From a virus (Duplodnaviria > Caudoviricetes), in the IMG/VR virus record IMGVR_UViG_2585428004_000001, positions 1 to 64,000 of that record: a stretch of DNA of 64,000 bases; one strand, written 5' to 3'. Below the pieces are notes generated by a model. The model was not told the origin of the DNA. It saw nothing but the letters and a program-made list of their open reading frames with translations, and ran no database searches. The first letter of the stretch is position 1. Every line of letters starts with the position of its first letter. The position numbers were made by a program, and so were the translations under genes. Below are positions 49,527 to 59,551 of this stretch, in pieces.

Positions 49527-51761
49527 ATGACTACAATTAAAGGTACAGCTAAATTACAAAGAGTAACGTTTTCAAAAGGAGATTTTGTGATTGGAGGATT
49601 CAAACCAATCGATGTAGAAGGGGATGTTGAGGTTAATCCCAAGTATGGCACTTTCTCTATGAAAGGCAACATGCCTGCCATGATTGAAGATGCAGAGTAT
49701 TACTTTGAGGCGGAAGCAGGACAACGTCATCCTCAGTATGGATTAGGATATGATTTAATCTTCATCAGACAGAATGTAAATCTTGATGTAAATAGCCCAG
49801 AATCAGTAAAGGAGTTCTTGGAAATTGTCTTAACCAAGAGACAGGTAAATGCCCTGTATGAAGCATTTGACAACCCTATCGAGGTCATTGAAAGAAAGGA
49901 TGTTCAAGAGCTTACTAAAGCAAAGGGGATTGGTCTTGCTTATGCTAGAAAAATCATTGAGCATTATGAATCACAAAAGGATTACTCACATGCATACATT
50001 GAACTAGGAAAGCATGGACTGAAGCCTAAGACAATTAAGAAGATTGTTGACCACTATGGCTCACCAGAACTGGCTGTAGAGAAGATTTCAGAGAATCCAT
50101 ATTCATTAATTGAAATTGATGGCTTTGCATTTAAGAAGTGTGATGAGATATTCATTAATATGGGCGGAGATAAGAACTCTGAGGTTCGAATCAAGGAATT
50201 CTTAATATATGTACTGAAAGAAGAGGCTAGTAAAGGTCACACATGGATGACTCCAATGAACCTAATCATTGCAACAAATGAGTATATCCCTACTGTAGAC
50301 AAGGCTCTTGTTGGAAGAATGATGTTGGCAGACAAAGAAACATTTTACTTTTCAGAGGATAAGGGTAAAATTTCACTTACCGCATTTGTTTTACTTGAGA
50401 AATTAGTAGCAGGGCAGTTAGGGAGAATTCTTTCTGCAGAAAACACCTTTGATTACAAGGGTTGGGAAGATGTTGTAGATACGATAGAAGATACTCAAGG
50501 ATGGAAATTCACAGAGCAACAACGTGATGAAGCCATGGTTATGATGCTTGAGAATAACATCTCTATCCTGCAAGGTTATGGTGGTACTGGTAAAACAACC
50601 ACTCTAAAAGCAGTAGCTGATGTTCTTGAACAGAAAGGGTACTTGTATGCCCAATGTGCCTTAAGTGGTAAAGCTTCTTCGAATCTAGCGCTGGTAACAG
50701 GGAAGGATGGTAGTACAATTCATAGATTGTTAAACTATATCCCATTCAAAGGATTCTACTATAATCAGAACAACCCTTTACCATATGACATCATCATTCT
50801 GGACGAGGTCTCCATGGTAGATGCCAAGCTATTTGCTAGTTTACTATTAGCAATTCGCACAGGAGCAAAGCTAATCATGCTAGGGGATAGTCAGCAGTTA
50901 GAGTCAATTGGCGTTCCAGTTATGATGCCTATGATTCAATCTGGTGTCATTCCTACAATGACTCTTACACAAATCCACAGACAGGCTCAAAAGTCTGCCG
51001 TTGTAACAGACAGTATTGCCATTCGACAAGGTGTACAAGTTGTTAAAGAGCGACTTGGTCGTGTCACTCATGGTGAACTGCAGGATTTAGAGTATGAGTT
51101 AGTATTAGATGATGACAAAATCTTCTTAGAAGTAATGAAAGAGTTTCATAAACATATTCAGAATAATGACATCATGGATGTACAAATACTTACTCAACAA
51201 AGAGAGAAGGGTAAGACATCTTGTTTACTTCTTAATAAGTCATGTCAGAAGATATATAACCCAGAAGCACAAGGTAAGAAGTATGTTCAGATTGGTAAAG
51301 AGGACACTGGATACATTCTGCGTAAAGGCGACAAGGTTATCAATGTTAGAAACAACTATCAAGCTGTAGATGAGAATGATAGAGAGTGTCCTGTATTCAA
51401 TGGAAACGTTGGTATGCTAATAGACTTTGATATCGATGAGAACGATGATGAGTACATGTTAATAGACTTTGAGGGAATTGGTCTTGTAAAAGTATACGAG
51501 GAATTCTACAACTCTATTGAATTAGCATATGCAATCACAGTCCATAAATCACAGGGTTCTTCAAGCAAGATTATTATTGTGGCTCTACCATACCATTACA
51601 CTCTTAATAGTCGTCAGTTATTCTATACTGCTATTACTCGTACAAGAGAGCATTGTGTTGTTGTGGCAACTAAGAAAACAATCTCTAGTGCAATTTCTAA
51701 GGACGTAGTATCGAAGAAACGAACATATCTGGCAGGTTATTTAAAGGAAATGGTAGCCTAA
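49527..51761 (+). CDS. recD2: RecD2-like SF1B helicase
   Basis: GYGGTGKT, TIHRLL, DEVSMVD, GD..QL, YAITVHKSQGS, YTAITR. Confidence 0.92.
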   Translation: MTTIKGTAKLQRVTFSKGDFVIGGFKPIDVEGDVEVNPKYGTFSMKGNMPAMIEDAEYYFEAEAGQRHPQYGLGYDLIFIRQNVNLDVNSPESVKEFLEIVLTKRQVNALYEAFDNPIEVIERKDVQELTKAKGIGLAYARKIIEHYESQKDYSHAYIELGKHGLKPKTIKKIVDHYGSPELAVEKISENPYSLIEIDGFAFKKCDEIFINMGGDKNSEVRIKEFLIYVLKEEASKGHTWMTPMNLIIATNEYIPTVDKALVGRMMLADKETFYFSEDKGKISLTAFVLLEKLVAGQLGRILSAENTFDYKGWEDVVDTIEDTQGWKFTEQQRDEAMVMMLENNISILQGYGGTGKTTTLKAVADVLEQKGYLYAQCALSGKASSNLALVTGKDGSTIHRLLNYIPFKGFYYNQNNPLPYDIIILDEVSMVDAKLFASLLLAIRTGAKLIMLGDSQQLESIGVPVMMPMIQSGVIPTMTLTQIHRQAQKSAVVTDSIAIRQGVQVVKERLGRVTHGELQDLEYELVLDDDKIFLEVMKEFHKHIQNNDIMDVQILTQQREKGKTSCLLLNKSCQKIYNPEAQGKKYVQIGKEDTGYILRKGDKVINVRNNYQAVDENDRECPVFNGNVGMLIDFDIDENDDEYMLIDFEGIGLVKVYEEFYNSIELAYAITVHKSQGSSSKIIIVALPYHYTLNSRQLFYTAITRTREHCVVVATKKTISSAISKDVVSKKRTYLAGYLKEMVA

Positions 51762-51874
51762 AAATATATTAAACAAAACCATTGCAACGGATTTCTGTTT
51801 ATGGTATAATAGTTCTTGTTGGTAGATAATTTCTTTTATACCATTAAACAAAACCATTGAAAAAGAGGTGTGAA

Positions 51875-52243
51875 ATGAGAGTAGTTTATGCATCAATGAC
51901 AGGAAATGTACAGCGCTTTGTAGCTAATCTGGACTTTCCTAAGGCACAGATTGTAAAAGGGCAAGACTTAATAGTAGATGAACCTTTCGTTCTCATTACT
52001 TACACAACTGGCTTTGGTCAAGTTCCTGTGGAGGTAAAAGAGTTTCTACAACATAACAGCAAGAATATGGTTGCTGTAGTGGGCAGTGGCAACAGAAATT
52101 GGGGCAAGATGTTCTGTAAAGGCGCTGTCGATATAGCAACTAACTATAACATTCCACTACTTCATAAGTTTGAAATAAGTGGATTGCCAGAAGATGTAGA
52201 AACAGTCACATCAAAGATAAGAAACATACGAAAGGATGATTGA
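51875..52243 (+). CDS. nrdI: Class Ib RNR flavodoxin NrdI
   Basis: YASMTGNVQRF, GSGNRNWG, KFE.SG. Confidence 0.95.
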   Translation: MRVVYASMTGNVQRFVANLDFPKAQIVKGQDLIVDEPFVLITYTTGFGQVPVEVKEFLQHNSKNMVAVVGSGNRNWGKMFCKGAVDIATNYNIPLLHKFEISGLPEDVETVTSKIRNIRKDD

Positions 52244-52246
52244 GTT

Positions 52247-54343
52247 TTGGCAAGATGGATAGAACTTAATAATGAAGTTACAGTCAAAGATGAAGATGGT
52301 CAATTTCAATACCACAAAGATAAGGAAGCTGTTCGCTCATACTTTGTTGACCATATCAACAAGAACATGCAGTATTTCCACGACCTAGAAGAGCAGTTAG
52401 AGTATTTAGTGGAGAATGATTACTACGACAAGTCTATTCTTGATAAGTACAAGATGCGACAAATCAGAGAAGTCTATAAGCTTGTATATGGTGAGAAGTT
52501 CCGATTCAAATCATTTATGAGTGCATTCAAGTTCTACAATGATTATGCACTGAAAACAAACGATGGTGAGAACATTTTAGAGCGATATGAGGACAGAATT
52601 GCTATCACAGCATTGTTCCTAGCAGATGGAGATTACCAGTTAGCTAAGCGAATTGCTAGACAGCTAATTAAACAAAACTATCAACCTGCAACACCTACAT
52701 TCTTGAATGCAGGACGAAGTAGAGCAGGGCGATTAGTATCATGCTTCCTATTACAAATGCCAGATAGCACAGAAGGTATTATGTATATCACTGAAGCTTG
52801 CGCACAGTTATCACGATTTGGTGGTGGCGTAGCAATTAACTTGTCTCTATTACGAGCAGGGGATGAATCAATTAAAGGCATTGACGGAGCATCAACATCA
52901 ATTGTTGGTATCGCTAAGATTCTAGAAGGCATATTCTCAAAATTCAATCAGCTTGGACAACGAAGTGGTGCAGGGGCTGTTTACTTAAATGTATTCCACA
53001 GCGATATCTTAGACCTGTTAAATACGAAGAAAATCAATGCTGACGAGAAAGAACGTTTAAAAACACTATCTATTGGTGTCATTGTTCCTAGTAAGCTATA
53101 TGAATTAGCTGAAAGAGATGAAGAGTGGTTTAGCTTCTATCCTCATAGTGTTTATAAAGAGTATGGTAAACATTTAGATGACATGAAGATGGATGAAATG
53201 TACGATGAGTTACTAAACAATCCTAATGTTCGTAAGAAGCCTATGGGTTCTGCTCGTGCATTCTTTGAAGAAATTGGTCGTACACAAATTGAATCTGGTT
53301 ATCCATACCTTCTAAATCGTGATGTAGCTAACAAAGTACACATGTTAAAGGATATTGGCGACATCAAAATGTCGAATTTATGTGTGGAAATACTACAATT
53401 GCAGACCGAGTCAGACATTCAATCTTACAAGGGTACTGATACATTCGGAAATGATATCTCATGTAACTTAGGTTCTTTAAACATCGTTAATGTAATGGAG
53501 AACAAAGATATCAAAGAATCTGTAAAGGTTGCTATGGATGCTTTAACGACAGTTGCTCGTAAGACAGCTATTGATGAAGTCCCTACAGTCAAGAAAGCAA
53601 ACGATGAGTTCCACAGTGTTGGATTAGGTGCAATGAACCTTCATGGATACTTAGCTAAGAATCATATTCCTTATGAAAGTAAAGAGGCTAGAGACTTTGC
53701 AAATGTATTCTTCATGATGATGCGATTCTATGCATTAGAGCGTTCAAATGAGATTGCTATGGAACATGGAGCATTCAAGCACTTTGAGAAGTCAGAGTAT
53801 GAAAAAGGTACAGCATTGCAAATGTATGTAGATAAATCATTTGCTCCTAAAACAGAAAAAGTTAAAGAGTTATTCAGTGGTATTTATATACCTACACAAG
53901 AAGACTGGAAGCGACTAAACGAGTCTATCATGGAACATGGTATCTATTCAGCTTACCAATTAGCAATCGCTCCTACTGGTTCAATCTCATATGTTCAAGG
54001 GGCTACACCAAGTGTAATGCCAATCACACAGCGTATTGAGAAAAGAACATATGGTAACTCGACAACTATTTATCCAATGCCATATCTATCTAACCAGACT
54101 TACTGGTTCTTGAAAGAGGCTTACAACATGGATATGTTTAAGCTAATCGACCTTATGGCTGTAATTCAGCGCCACGTTGACCAATCAATTTCAACAACTC
54201 TATTTGTAGACGGAGAGGAAATCACTGACGGTGACTTGGCTCGTTACTACATTTATGCCCATAAAAAAGGCTTAAAGACACTTTACTACACAAGAACTAA
54301 GAAGGCTTCAACTGATGACTTCTGTACGTCTTGTACAGTTTAA
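52247..54343 (+). CDS. nrdE: Class Ib ribonucleotide reductase alpha subunit
   Basis: PATPTFLNAG, SCFL, SNLCVE, APTGSIS, C-terminal CTSC; no intron or intein. Confidence 0.96.
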   Translation: MARWIELNNEVTVKDEDGQFQYHKDKEAVRSYFVDHINKNMQYFHDLEEQLEYLVENDYYDKSILDKYKMRQIREVYKLVYGEKFRFKSFMSAFKFYNDYALKTNDGENILERYEDRIAITALFLADGDYQLAKRIARQLIKQNYQPATPTFLNAGRSRAGRLVSCFLLQMPDSTEGIMYITEACAQLSRFGGGVAINLSLLRAGDESIKGIDGASTSIVGIAKILEGIFSKFNQLGQRSGAGAVYLNVFHSDILDLLNTKKINADEKERLKTLSIGVIVPSKLYELAERDEEWFSFYPHSVYKEYGKHLDDMKMDEMYDELLNNPNVRKKPMGSARAFFEEIGRTQIESGYPYLLNRDVANKVHMLKDIGDIKMSNLCVEILQLQTESDIQSYKGTDTFGNDISCNLGSLNIVNVMENKDIKESVKVAMDALTTVARKTAIDEVPTVKKANDEFHSVGLGAMNLHGYLAKNHIPYESKEARDFANVFFMMMRFYALERSNEIAMEHGAFKHFEKSEYEKGTALQMYVDKSFAPKTEKVKELFSGIYIPTQEDWKRLNESIMEHGIYSAYQLAIAPTGSISYVQGATPSVMPITQRIEKRTYGNSTTIYPMPYLSNQTYWFLKEAYNMDMFKLIDLMAVIQRHVDQSISTTLFVDGEEITDGDLARYYIYAHKKGLKTLYYTRTKKASTDDFCTSCTV

Positions 54344-54451
54344 AAAGATTAAACAAAATCATTGCAATAATTTAGATGGTATGTTACTATAAGAGAGGGT
54401 TGTTTCATTGCTCAACCCTCTTAAACAAAACCATTAAGAGGAGGATATCCA

Positions 54452-55036
54452 TTGAATCATAATAAAAAAGGTCAATCTTATGTCATTGACAGCAGATTTA
54501 GATTAACGGAAGCAGAAGGGGTAGTTGAGTATTGTCGAGTACGATTCTTACAGACAGGTAACACTCAAGTAATTCCTCACAAGATTGTAGAAACAGGTGA
54601 GTTTGAAGACTTGTCACTTGTAAAAGTATTGAAGGCAGAACTTTCTCAAGAAGAATCAGACACTTTTAGAGAACTTTTAAAGGATGCACCAATGATAACT
54701 CTACCGATTATAGAGAAGTCAAATGCTCAAGTTATTGGCTCATCTACAACGCATATAGAACCTGTTACTACTACACTAGTGCATAAAGGTGAACCTTCAA
54801 AACCTGTGACATTAGAACTGAAAACTGATAACCTTTCAAACTCTGTAACATTAGTTGACAATGTTATTAAGCCAAAAGAGTTCGTTGCTATTGCTACAAG
54901 CCCAAAGGGTAAAGAGATTAAAGTAACAGACCTTGAAGCCTTCTGCAAAGTGAATAAGCTTGATTTAGAAGCTGTACAATCAGTTCTTGAAGGCAAACAG
55001 AAGACACATCGTAAATGGAGGTTCACTCAAGCATGA
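54452..55036 (+). CDS. Hypothetical protein with a NUMOD1-like C-terminal DNA-binding motif
   Basis: DL..FCK.N.L....V..VL.GKQKTHRKWRF. Confidence 0.55.
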   Translation: MNHNKKGQSYVIDSRFRLTEAEGVVEYCRVRFLQTGNTQVIPHKIVETGEFEDLSLVKVLKAELSQEESDTFRELLKDAPMITLPIIEKSNAQVIGSSTTHIEPVTTTLVHKGEPSKPVTLELKTDNLSNSVTLVDNVIKPKEFVAIATSPKGKEIKVTDLEAFCKVNKLDLEAVQSVLEGKQKTHRKWRFTQA

Positions 55037-56031
55037 CAATGACACCACGAATTCATCGAGCAGTAAACTGGAATAAGCAAATTGATGGTTATACACTGGC
55101 GTTCTGGAATCAAAATATACAGCAGATGTGGACAGATACAGAATTTGTACCATCAAAAGACCGCAACGATTGGAACAAGTTGGCGCCTAAAGTACAGGAT
55201 GCTTATAAGTTTGTACTATCTGGATTAACAACATTAGATACGAAGCAATATGAAACAGGTATCCCTGCTATCAAGGCTCATATCCCAGACTTACAACGTA
55301 GAGCAGTGCTTTCATTTATGGAGTTTATGGAATCCATGCATGCGAAAAGTTATAGTACAATCTTTACAACACTGCTTCCAGAAACAGAAGTTGATTATCT
55401 ATTGGATGTATGGGTAGAAGAGAATCCTTATCTACAGTATAAAGCAGAACATATCTCTTATTACTATGAGAACATCACTGACAATAAGAGCCTATATCTT
55501 GCTCTAGTAGCATCTGTATTCTTAGAAAGCTTCTTATTCTACAGTGGATTCTTCTTACCACTATGGTTAGCAGGGCAAGGTAAAATGGTTGCTTCTGGTG
55601 AGATTATCAACAAAATCATCCAAGATGAATCAATCCATGGGGTATACATTGGATTACTTGCTCAAGAAGCATATGAAGCATTAACACCTCAAGAGAAAGA
55701 AGAAGCTGACTACGAAGCTGATATGCTTTTAGAAGAACTTATGGAAAATGAGTTCAAGTATACAGAAAGCATTTATACTGAGATTGGTCTTGCTCATGAG
55801 GTTAAAGCCTTCTTGCACTATAATGCAAACAAAGCATTAATGAACTTAGGCAAGTCACCTAAATACGAAGATAAGAAGATTAACCCTATCGTATTAAATG
55901 GCTTGAATACTGAATCTGGAACACACGATTTCTTCTCTACAAAAGGTAGTGGTTATCAGAAGGCGAAACACCGCCCATTAACAGATGATGACTTTGCATT
56001 CCCTTGGTTAGATGAAGAGGACGACATTTAA
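55033..56031 (+). CDS. nrdF: Class Ib ribonucleotide reductase beta subunit
   Basis: GLT.LDT, ES.HAKSYS, LESFLFYSGF, DESIHG, HDFFS. Confidence 0.96.
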   Translation: MTMTPRIHRAVNWNKQIDGYTLAFWNQNIQQMWTDTEFVPSKDRNDWNKLAPKVQDAYKFVLSGLTTLDTKQYETGIPAIKAHIPDLQRRAVLSFMEFMESMHAKSYSTIFTTLLPETEVDYLLDVWVEENPYLQYKAEHISYYYENITDNKSLYLALVASVFLESFLFYSGFFLPLWLAGQGKMVASGEIINKIIQDESIHGVYIGLLAQEAYEALTPQEKEEADYEADMLLEELMENEFKYTESIYTEIGLAHEVKAFLHYNANKALMNLGKSPKYEDKKINPIVLNGLNTESGTHDFFSTKGSGYQKAKHRPLTDDDFAFPWLDEEDDI

Positions 56032-56046
56032 AACTAAACAAACAGA

Positions 56047-56325
56047 ATGGAGAATACGATGAAATTAATTAAATTTGAACAATCAGACTGCACACCTTGT
56101 AAGATGTTAAAAGAGTTTATGGAAGGATTAGGAGTTGAGGCTGACAAAGTAGTTAACCTTACAACTGCTACAGAAATGGAAGACTTCATGTTGGCAAGTA
56201 AGCATGGTATTGAGAAGACTCCAGTTCTTCTAATTGAAGACGACAATGGTAAAGAGATTGCTCGCTATAAAGGTGTAGGTCAAACTGGAGTTAAAGCAAT
56301 CCTTGTTCAACGTGGCTTAATATAA
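56047..56325 (+). CDS. NrdH/thioredoxin-like redoxin
   Basis: CTPC motif after nrdF. Confidence 0.85.
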   Translation: MENTMKLIKFEQSDCTPCKMLKEFMEGLGVEADKVVNLTTATEMEDFMLASKHGIEKTPVLLIEDDNGKEIARYKGVGQTGVKAILVQRGLI

Positions 56326-56392
56326 AACAAAACCATTAAAATAGGGGAGCTTATCTCCCCTTGTACATAACAAACAAGGAGGATTACCAATC

Positions 56393-56689
56393 ATGGCAAG
56401 AAGAACAATTCGACAAAACGTAGAGTCAATTTTAAGCAGGAATGAACGTGCAAGAGGGGATGACAAAGCCCTATTAGTAGCTTATTGGAAAGAAATCGAT
56501 GGCATTAACTTCAATAACTTTGAAGCAGAGTTTGTCCAAAAGGGAACTATGGCAGAGTCTATTCGTAGACAACGTCAATTAATTCAAGAGGATGGTCGCT
56601 TCTTGCCAAGTGAGGAAATCATCGAGAAGCGCAAGGGAAGAGAGTTTGCCATGAGAGCATCCATTCTTCATAAAAGAGAAGCAATCTAA
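56393..56689 (+). CDS. Hypothetical phage protein
   Basis: RBS GGAGG; ESIRR.RQ.IQ. Confidence 0.75.
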   Translation: MARRTIRQNVESILSRNERARGDDKALLVAYWKEIDGINFNNFEAEFVQKGTMAESIRRQRQLIQEDGRFLPSEEIIEKRKGREFAMRASILHKREAI

Positions 56690-56702
56690 AGGAGGATTTA
56701 CA

Positions 56703-56957
56703 TTGATTAAATTAATGAAGTGTAGATGCATAGAGGGTATCCGTGTAAGAAAGAATGGCACTTTTACCTTTGGCAAGGCTTATTGGGGAAGAGTTGCAAA
56801 AGATGGAAGTGTAATGATGTTAAGCGATGAGAAGCAGTGGATTAGAGTATTTGAGCCTAAGATGAATACAGCTTTCCAACCTGTTCTTAACTTTAGACTT
56901 CTATACAATAAGTTCCCAAAGAACAAAAAAGAACTAAAAGAATTAATCAGAAACTAA
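56703..56957 (+). CDS. Hypothetical protein
   Basis: RBS AAGGAGG. Confidence 0.65.
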   Translation: MIKLMKCRCIEGIRVRKNGTFTFGKAYWGRVAKDGSVMMLSDEKQWIRVFEPKMNTAFQPVLNFRLLYNKFPKNKKELKELIRN

Positions 56958-56984
56958 AACATACAAATCAGGAGGCAATTTATT

Positions 56985-58016
56985 ATGACAAACAGAACAG
57001 TTAAGGTATTAGATTCAATTAAGGTAAAGTTATTCACTCACACAGATTTAGATGGTATTGGTTGTGAAGTAGTAGGTCGTTTAGCATTTAAGCAAATTGA
57101 TGTAGAGCATTGTGACTATCATAACGTAGATGACAAGGTTAAGAACTTCTTAACAACTGGTGAGCATAAACGTTACGATATGGTTATTATCACTGATATC
57201 TCAGTTAAAGAGCCAGTTGCAGATATGATTCAATCTACAATTGCTGAGAAGGTTGTTCTTCTAGACCATCATGAGACAGCTAAATGGATGAATCACAAGT
57301 ATGAGTGGGCTAACGTTAGAGTAGAGGGTCGTAAAGGCAAGGATTCTGGAACAAACCTATTATTCGAACATCTATCAATGCACTATGGTATGTTCCGCAA
57401 TGAGAAGTATTACGATGCTCTATCAATCTTCGTTGAAAAGGTTCGTAGATACGATTGTTGGGAATGGAAGACAGCCTACAATGACACAGATGCATTGTTA
57501 TTAAACAATCTGTTGTATCTAATTGGTAGAAAGTCATTTGCAAATAAGTTCTATAATAAGTTCATGTACTCATCTCGATTTGTTTACATGAGTGGTGATT
57601 GGACTGAGATGTTCGATAGTGCTGATAAAGCTGTTCTTGAAGTGGATAGAGAGAAAGCTAAAGCATACTTCGATAAGAAAGAGAAGCAAATGTTTACTGC
57701 TAATCTATTAGGACATAAAGTAGGGGTAGTATTCGCAGAGCAATATATCTCTGAATTAGGCAACATCTTAAATGAGCGACATAAGGACTTAGACCTTATT
57801 GCAATCGTTGATATGGGTAGTAAGAAGGTCTCTTACAGAACAATTCACGACCATGTAAATGTATCTGCACTAGCTAAGACATTTGGTGGAGGCGGTCATG
57901 TAAAAGCCTCTGGTAGCGAGTTTGAAGTATCTCTTCAGAAACATATGTTTAAGTTAATCTTCGGCATTGGAGCGCTTTCAAAAGTTCGAAAATTGGTTGA
58001 CATGTTCACTAAATAA
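56985..58016 (+). CDS. DHH/DHHA1 phosphoesterase (NrnB-like)
   Basis: HTDLDG, ITD, LDHH, GGGGH. Confidence 0.9.
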   Translation: MTNRTVKVLDSIKVKLFTHTDLDGIGCEVVGRLAFKQIDVEHCDYHNVDDKVKNFLTTGEHKRYDMVIITDISVKEPVADMIQSTIAEKVVLLDHHETAKWMNHKYEWANVRVEGRKGKDSGTNLLFEHLSMHYGMFRNEKYYDALSIFVEKVRRYDCWEWKTAYNDTDALLLNNLLYLIGRKSFANKFYNKFMYSSRFVYMSGDWTEMFDSADKAVLEVDREKAKAYFDKKEKQMFTANLLGHKVGVVFAEQYISELGNILNERHKDLDLIAIVDMGSKKVSYRTIHDHVNVSALAKTFGGGGHVKASGSEFEVSLQKHMFKLIFGIGALSKVRKLVDMFTK

Positions 58017-58389
58017 TGGTATCATTTAGAGTGAGGTAGGAATCTTTTTACTTCACTCTAAAACAAAACCATTGAAATTTTGAGTGAGGAGGATGATGTG
58101 TAAATAACAAAAGGAGAATGAAGATGAACGTAACTAAAGAATGGACAACTACAGAGTTGATGGAGTTTTTAAACACATACAATAGAGTTCTTAAAACAAA
58201 CCCACAGAATGCAATGCGATTGAAGTCACTGTATGTGAGCGCATTTGATGAGTTATCTAAACGTAGCAAGCTTTTAGCTATGCTGTACTAAGGAGTGGGT
58301 TACTGATTATGAAATTTATTGTTATGACTATTATAGGAATGCTGTTATTTATATCAAGTTGGTGTGTTAGAGACTAAGGAGGGCTAAAG

Positions 58390-58671
58390 ATGAAAGTAGC
58401 GATTTGTGAGGCGAAGAGTAATTATACGATTGAAGCAGGTGATTTAATTATTGCAAAGCATATCAAAGGACATATTCTAAACTATTTAGTTATCAAGGAG
58501 AGAGATGAGTTAATGCCTAAGTATAGACTTCTAAATGTAGACTCATCTTTTATAATGGCTACCTTTTCTTCTGGGAGAACGAGTGACGTTGTAACATATG
58601 TTACTAAGAGTCTTAAATGCGAAATCTTGAGTGTCATTCCTGCAAGCAAACTACAATTAGGATTAAAGTGA
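58390..58671 (+). CDS. Hypothetical protein
   Basis: RBS AAGGAGG. Confidence 0.7.
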   Translation: MKVAICEAKSNYTIEAGDLIIAKHIKGHILNYLVIKERDELMPKYRLLNVDSSFIMATFSSGRTSDVVTYVTKSLKCEILSVIPASKLQLGLK

Positions 58672-58719
58672 CAACTAATAAAAGTTAAGTTTTAATAACT
58701 ATTACAGAAGGGTAGGAGT

Positions 58720-58995
58720 ATGACGATGGGGAGTCCAATAGACGATATGCTTGCTAAGCAAAGAGAGATTGATGAAAAGCTATCTCCAAGCAAATATGAA
58801 ATGCGTTATATTACTGACTATGCAAGAGTGATTTATGACAAGGCTCAACTTGTAAACAATGCTTCTGAAATGGCTCACCAAGGATTGATTGATTTTGAAC
58901 TTGCTCAAAAAATCATGGATACGCAAAAGGAAAACATTAAAAGTGATATTAAGTATCTGCAAATTTACTTAGGAATTGACGAAAAGGATAATTAA
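58720..58995 (+). CDS. Hypothetical protein
   Basis: RBS present; preceded by a cassette-like site at 58678. Confidence 0.65.
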   Translation: MTMGSPIDDMLAKQREIDEKLSPSKYEMRYITDYARVIYDKAQLVNNASEMAHQGLIDFELAQKIMDTQKENIKSDIKYLQIYLGIDEKDN

Positions 58996-59022
58996 ACAAA
59001 TCCATTAAAAGGAGGTGATACG

Positions 59023-59271
59023 TTGAAACTACAAGACCTTAATAAAGTATTTGAAGAGGCTAGAAAGGTTAATGCAAGTTACGCTGGAATAATAGTATTG
59101 CCAACAGAAGAGGCTATTATCTTCAGTAGCAAAGTATTCGATTACAAACAAGAATACATTAATGACGTTTACAATGAAAACCTGCAATTAAAGCATGCTA
59201 AGCATGTTCAGATTGTTGATTGTGCTTATGGTAAGACTTATCACGATATTCAAGTTAAATTGAAACGATAG
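59023..59271 (+). CDS. Hypothetical phage protein
   Basis: RBS AAGGAGGTG. Confidence 0.7.
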   Translation: MKLQDLNKVFEEARKVNASYAGIIVLPTEEAIIFSSKVFDYKQEYINDVYNENLQLKHAKHVQIVDCAYGKTYHDIQVKLKR

Positions 59272-59342
59272 GAGATGCCTATGAGAAAGAGAAGAATGAA
59301 AGCACGAAAGAGAGATTTTATCCTAGGAATGTTCGAAGGAGT

Positions 59343-59534
59343 ATGGGACTTCTTATTCATAGTGATATTTGGGTGGTGGATGGGTTGAAAACAGAATTTA
59401 CTAGAGAAGAGTTAACATCTATGTTCAATGCTCTTATTAAACAAAGCGCTTCAAATATGGCGGTTGACAAGAACTTAGAGAGCGCTACTAAGAAAGTAAT
59501 GAATCTAATAACAATTATGGATTCAACAAAATAA
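59343..59534 (+). CDS. Hypothetical protein (start uncertain)
   Basis: Short ORF in a gene run. Confidence 0.5.
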   Translation: MGLLIHSDIWVVDGLKTEFTREELTSMFNALIKQSASNMAVDKNLESATKKVMNLITIMDSTK

Positions 59535-59551
59535 GAAAGGATGGGTAGTTC

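Larger units (their letters stand above)
462..58073 (+). repeat. Dispersed oriented 13-bp box AAACAAAACCATT (putative repressor operator or stoperator)
   Basis: Exact copies start at 462, 1782, 17754, 18620, 22358, 23539, 24351, 25636, 26755, 28985, 36381, 38387, 40868, 46223, 49497, 51771, 51846, 54423, 56325, 58061; about 15 variants. Confidence 0.9.

Noticed and set aside
52247-56031. Group I introns or inteins in nrdE/nrdF as in SPbeta
   Set aside because: Both ORFs are continuous and of normal length.
462-58073. 13-bp repeat as a CRISPR array or iteron cluster
   Set aside because: The copies are dispersed over tens of kb at irregular distances, with no constant spacers.
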